A stretch of 64,000 nucleotides of DNA from Octopus sinensis. Lineage: Eukaryota. Position 1 is the first letter of the stretch; each line of letters opens with the position of its first letter. The position numbers and the translations under genes were made by a program. Positions 62,430 to 64,000 of this stretch are shown in pieces. The stretch spans positions 49,240,464-49,304,463 of the forward strand of contig NC_043011.1 in NCBI RefSeq assembly GCF_006345805.1, read 5' to 3'. The notes under the pieces were generated by a model that saw nothing but the letters and a program-made list of their open reading frames with translations, did not search any database and had not been told where the DNA came from.

Positions 62430-63400
62430 ACAAGGGCTGAACTTTTGGACGAGGGAGCTCGCCGATTACATCGACCACAGTACTTAACTGGTACTTATTT
62501 TATCGACCCCGAAATAATGAAAGGCAAAAATCGACACAAACATGAAGACGGAGGAAATGTCGCTAAGCAATTTGCTCGGTGCGCTACCGATTCTGCCAGC
62601 TCGCGGCCTTTATCATTTCGTATTTATTGTTTCGTATTTATTAATTTCTTTACTACCCACAAGGGGCTATACACAGAGGGGATAAACAAGGACAGACAAA
62701 CGGATTAAGTCGATTATATCGACCCCAGTGCGTAACTGGTACTTAATTTATCGACCCCGAAAGGATGAAAGGCAAAGTCGACCTCGGCGGAATTTGAACT
62801 CAGAACGTAACGACAGACGAAATACGGCTACGCATTTCGCCCGGTGTGCTAACGTTTCTGCCAGCTCGCCGCCTTATTTATTTATTTATTTATTTTTTAA
62901 TACCTATTTCTTTATTATCCACAAGGGGCTAAACACAGAGGGGACAAACAAGGACAGACATAGGTATTAAGTCGATTATATCGACCCCAGTGCGTAACTG
63001 GTACTTAATTTATCGACCCCGAAAGGATGAAAGGCAAAGTCGACCTCGGCGGAATTTGAACTCAGAACGTAACGACAGACGAAATACGGCTACGCATTTC
63101 GCCCGGTGTGCTAACGTTTCTGCCAGCTCGCCGCCTTATTTATTTATTTATTTATTTTTTAATACCTATTTCTTTATTATCCACAAGGGGCTAAACACAG
63201 AGGGGACAAACAAGGACAGACATAGGTATTAAGTCGATTATATCGACCCCAGTACGTAACTGGTACTTAATTTATCGACCCCGAAAGGATGAAAGGTAAA
63301 GTCGACCTCGGCGGAATTCGAACTCACAACGTAACGCAGACGAAATACCGCTAAGCATTTCGCCCGGCGTGCTACCGATTCTGCCAGCTCGCGGCCTTCA
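62430..63400 (-). mobile_element. SINE B array including an identical 262-bp tandem pair (62710-62971 and 62972-63233)
   Basis: Identical ORF translations at 62728 and 62990 reflect the exact duplication. Confidence 0.92.
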
Positions 63401-63454
63401 TCATTTCGTATTTATAGATTGTATTCATGTAGACCTTCCAGAGAAAGATGTGTT

Positions 63455-63805
63455 TTCATCTTTAGCTTCATGCCTCAGCACTTATTCTTTGTAAGCCTAG
63501 TACTTATTCCATGGGTCTCTCTTGCCGAACCACTAAGTGACGGAGACGTAAACACACCAGCATCGTTTGTCAAGCAATGTTTGGGGGACAAACACAGACA
63601 CACAAACATATACATACACAAAAACATACATACACATATATACGACGGGCTTCTTTCAGTTTCCATCTATCAAATCCACTCGCAAGGCTTTAGTCGGCCC
63701 AAGGCTAAAGTAGAAGACACTTGCCCAAGGTGCCACGCAGTGGGAGTGAACCCGGAACCATGTCGTTCGTAAGCAAGCTACTTGCCACAGAGCCACTCCT
63801 ACGCC
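63455..63805 (-). mobile_element. SINE family A
   Basis: Reverse-complement match to 60941-61342. Confidence 0.88.
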
Positions 63806-63828
63806 TATATATATATATATATTTGTGG

Positions 63829-63867
<39 letters not shown>

Positions 63868-64000
63868 TGTATGTATGTATGTATATATATATATATACAC
63901 ACACTCATAAACACTTAACTATAGTTAAATAAATTTACAGACATACACACATCCATATATATATACATATATATATATATAAATATATACATATAATATA

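Overview
Eukaryotic, AT-rich, repeat-saturated DNA with no prokaryotic gene organisation. The mix of tRNA-derived SINE families, RTE/CR1/Penelope relics and dense (TA/CA/AAT/GATA) microsatellites best fits an octopod cephalopod genome; this is an inference from repeat content, not a database match. I cannot support any intact long cellular ORF, and almost all ORFs in the supplied track are translations of microsatellites or SINEs. Recognisable content: six recurrent SINE-like families (labelled A-F by me), several RTE-clade LINE fragments, a CR1-like 3' end, an internally deleted Tc1 element, a mariner 3' end with a pogo/Tigger-like MITE nested in it, three non-autonomous Helitrons, two Helentron-type (HINE) elements and Penelope-like element (PLE) relics. 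The most interesting signals are: (i) a well-formed minimal type I hammerhead ribozyme with a U3-A8 covariation (24476-24517, minus) inside a PLE-like inverted/direct repeat structure, plus several decayed hammerhead motifs in microsatellite-anchored relics; (ii) at least seven 120-300 bp fold-back palindromes; (iii) LINE/SINE tail sharing and tail swapping visible within the window; (iv) SINE concatemers with a fixed 184-bp period; (v) a pair of duplicated exon-like segments (17.9 and 18.9 kb, minus) that may belong to an unidentified host gene. Boundaries were read by eye and may be off by a few bases.
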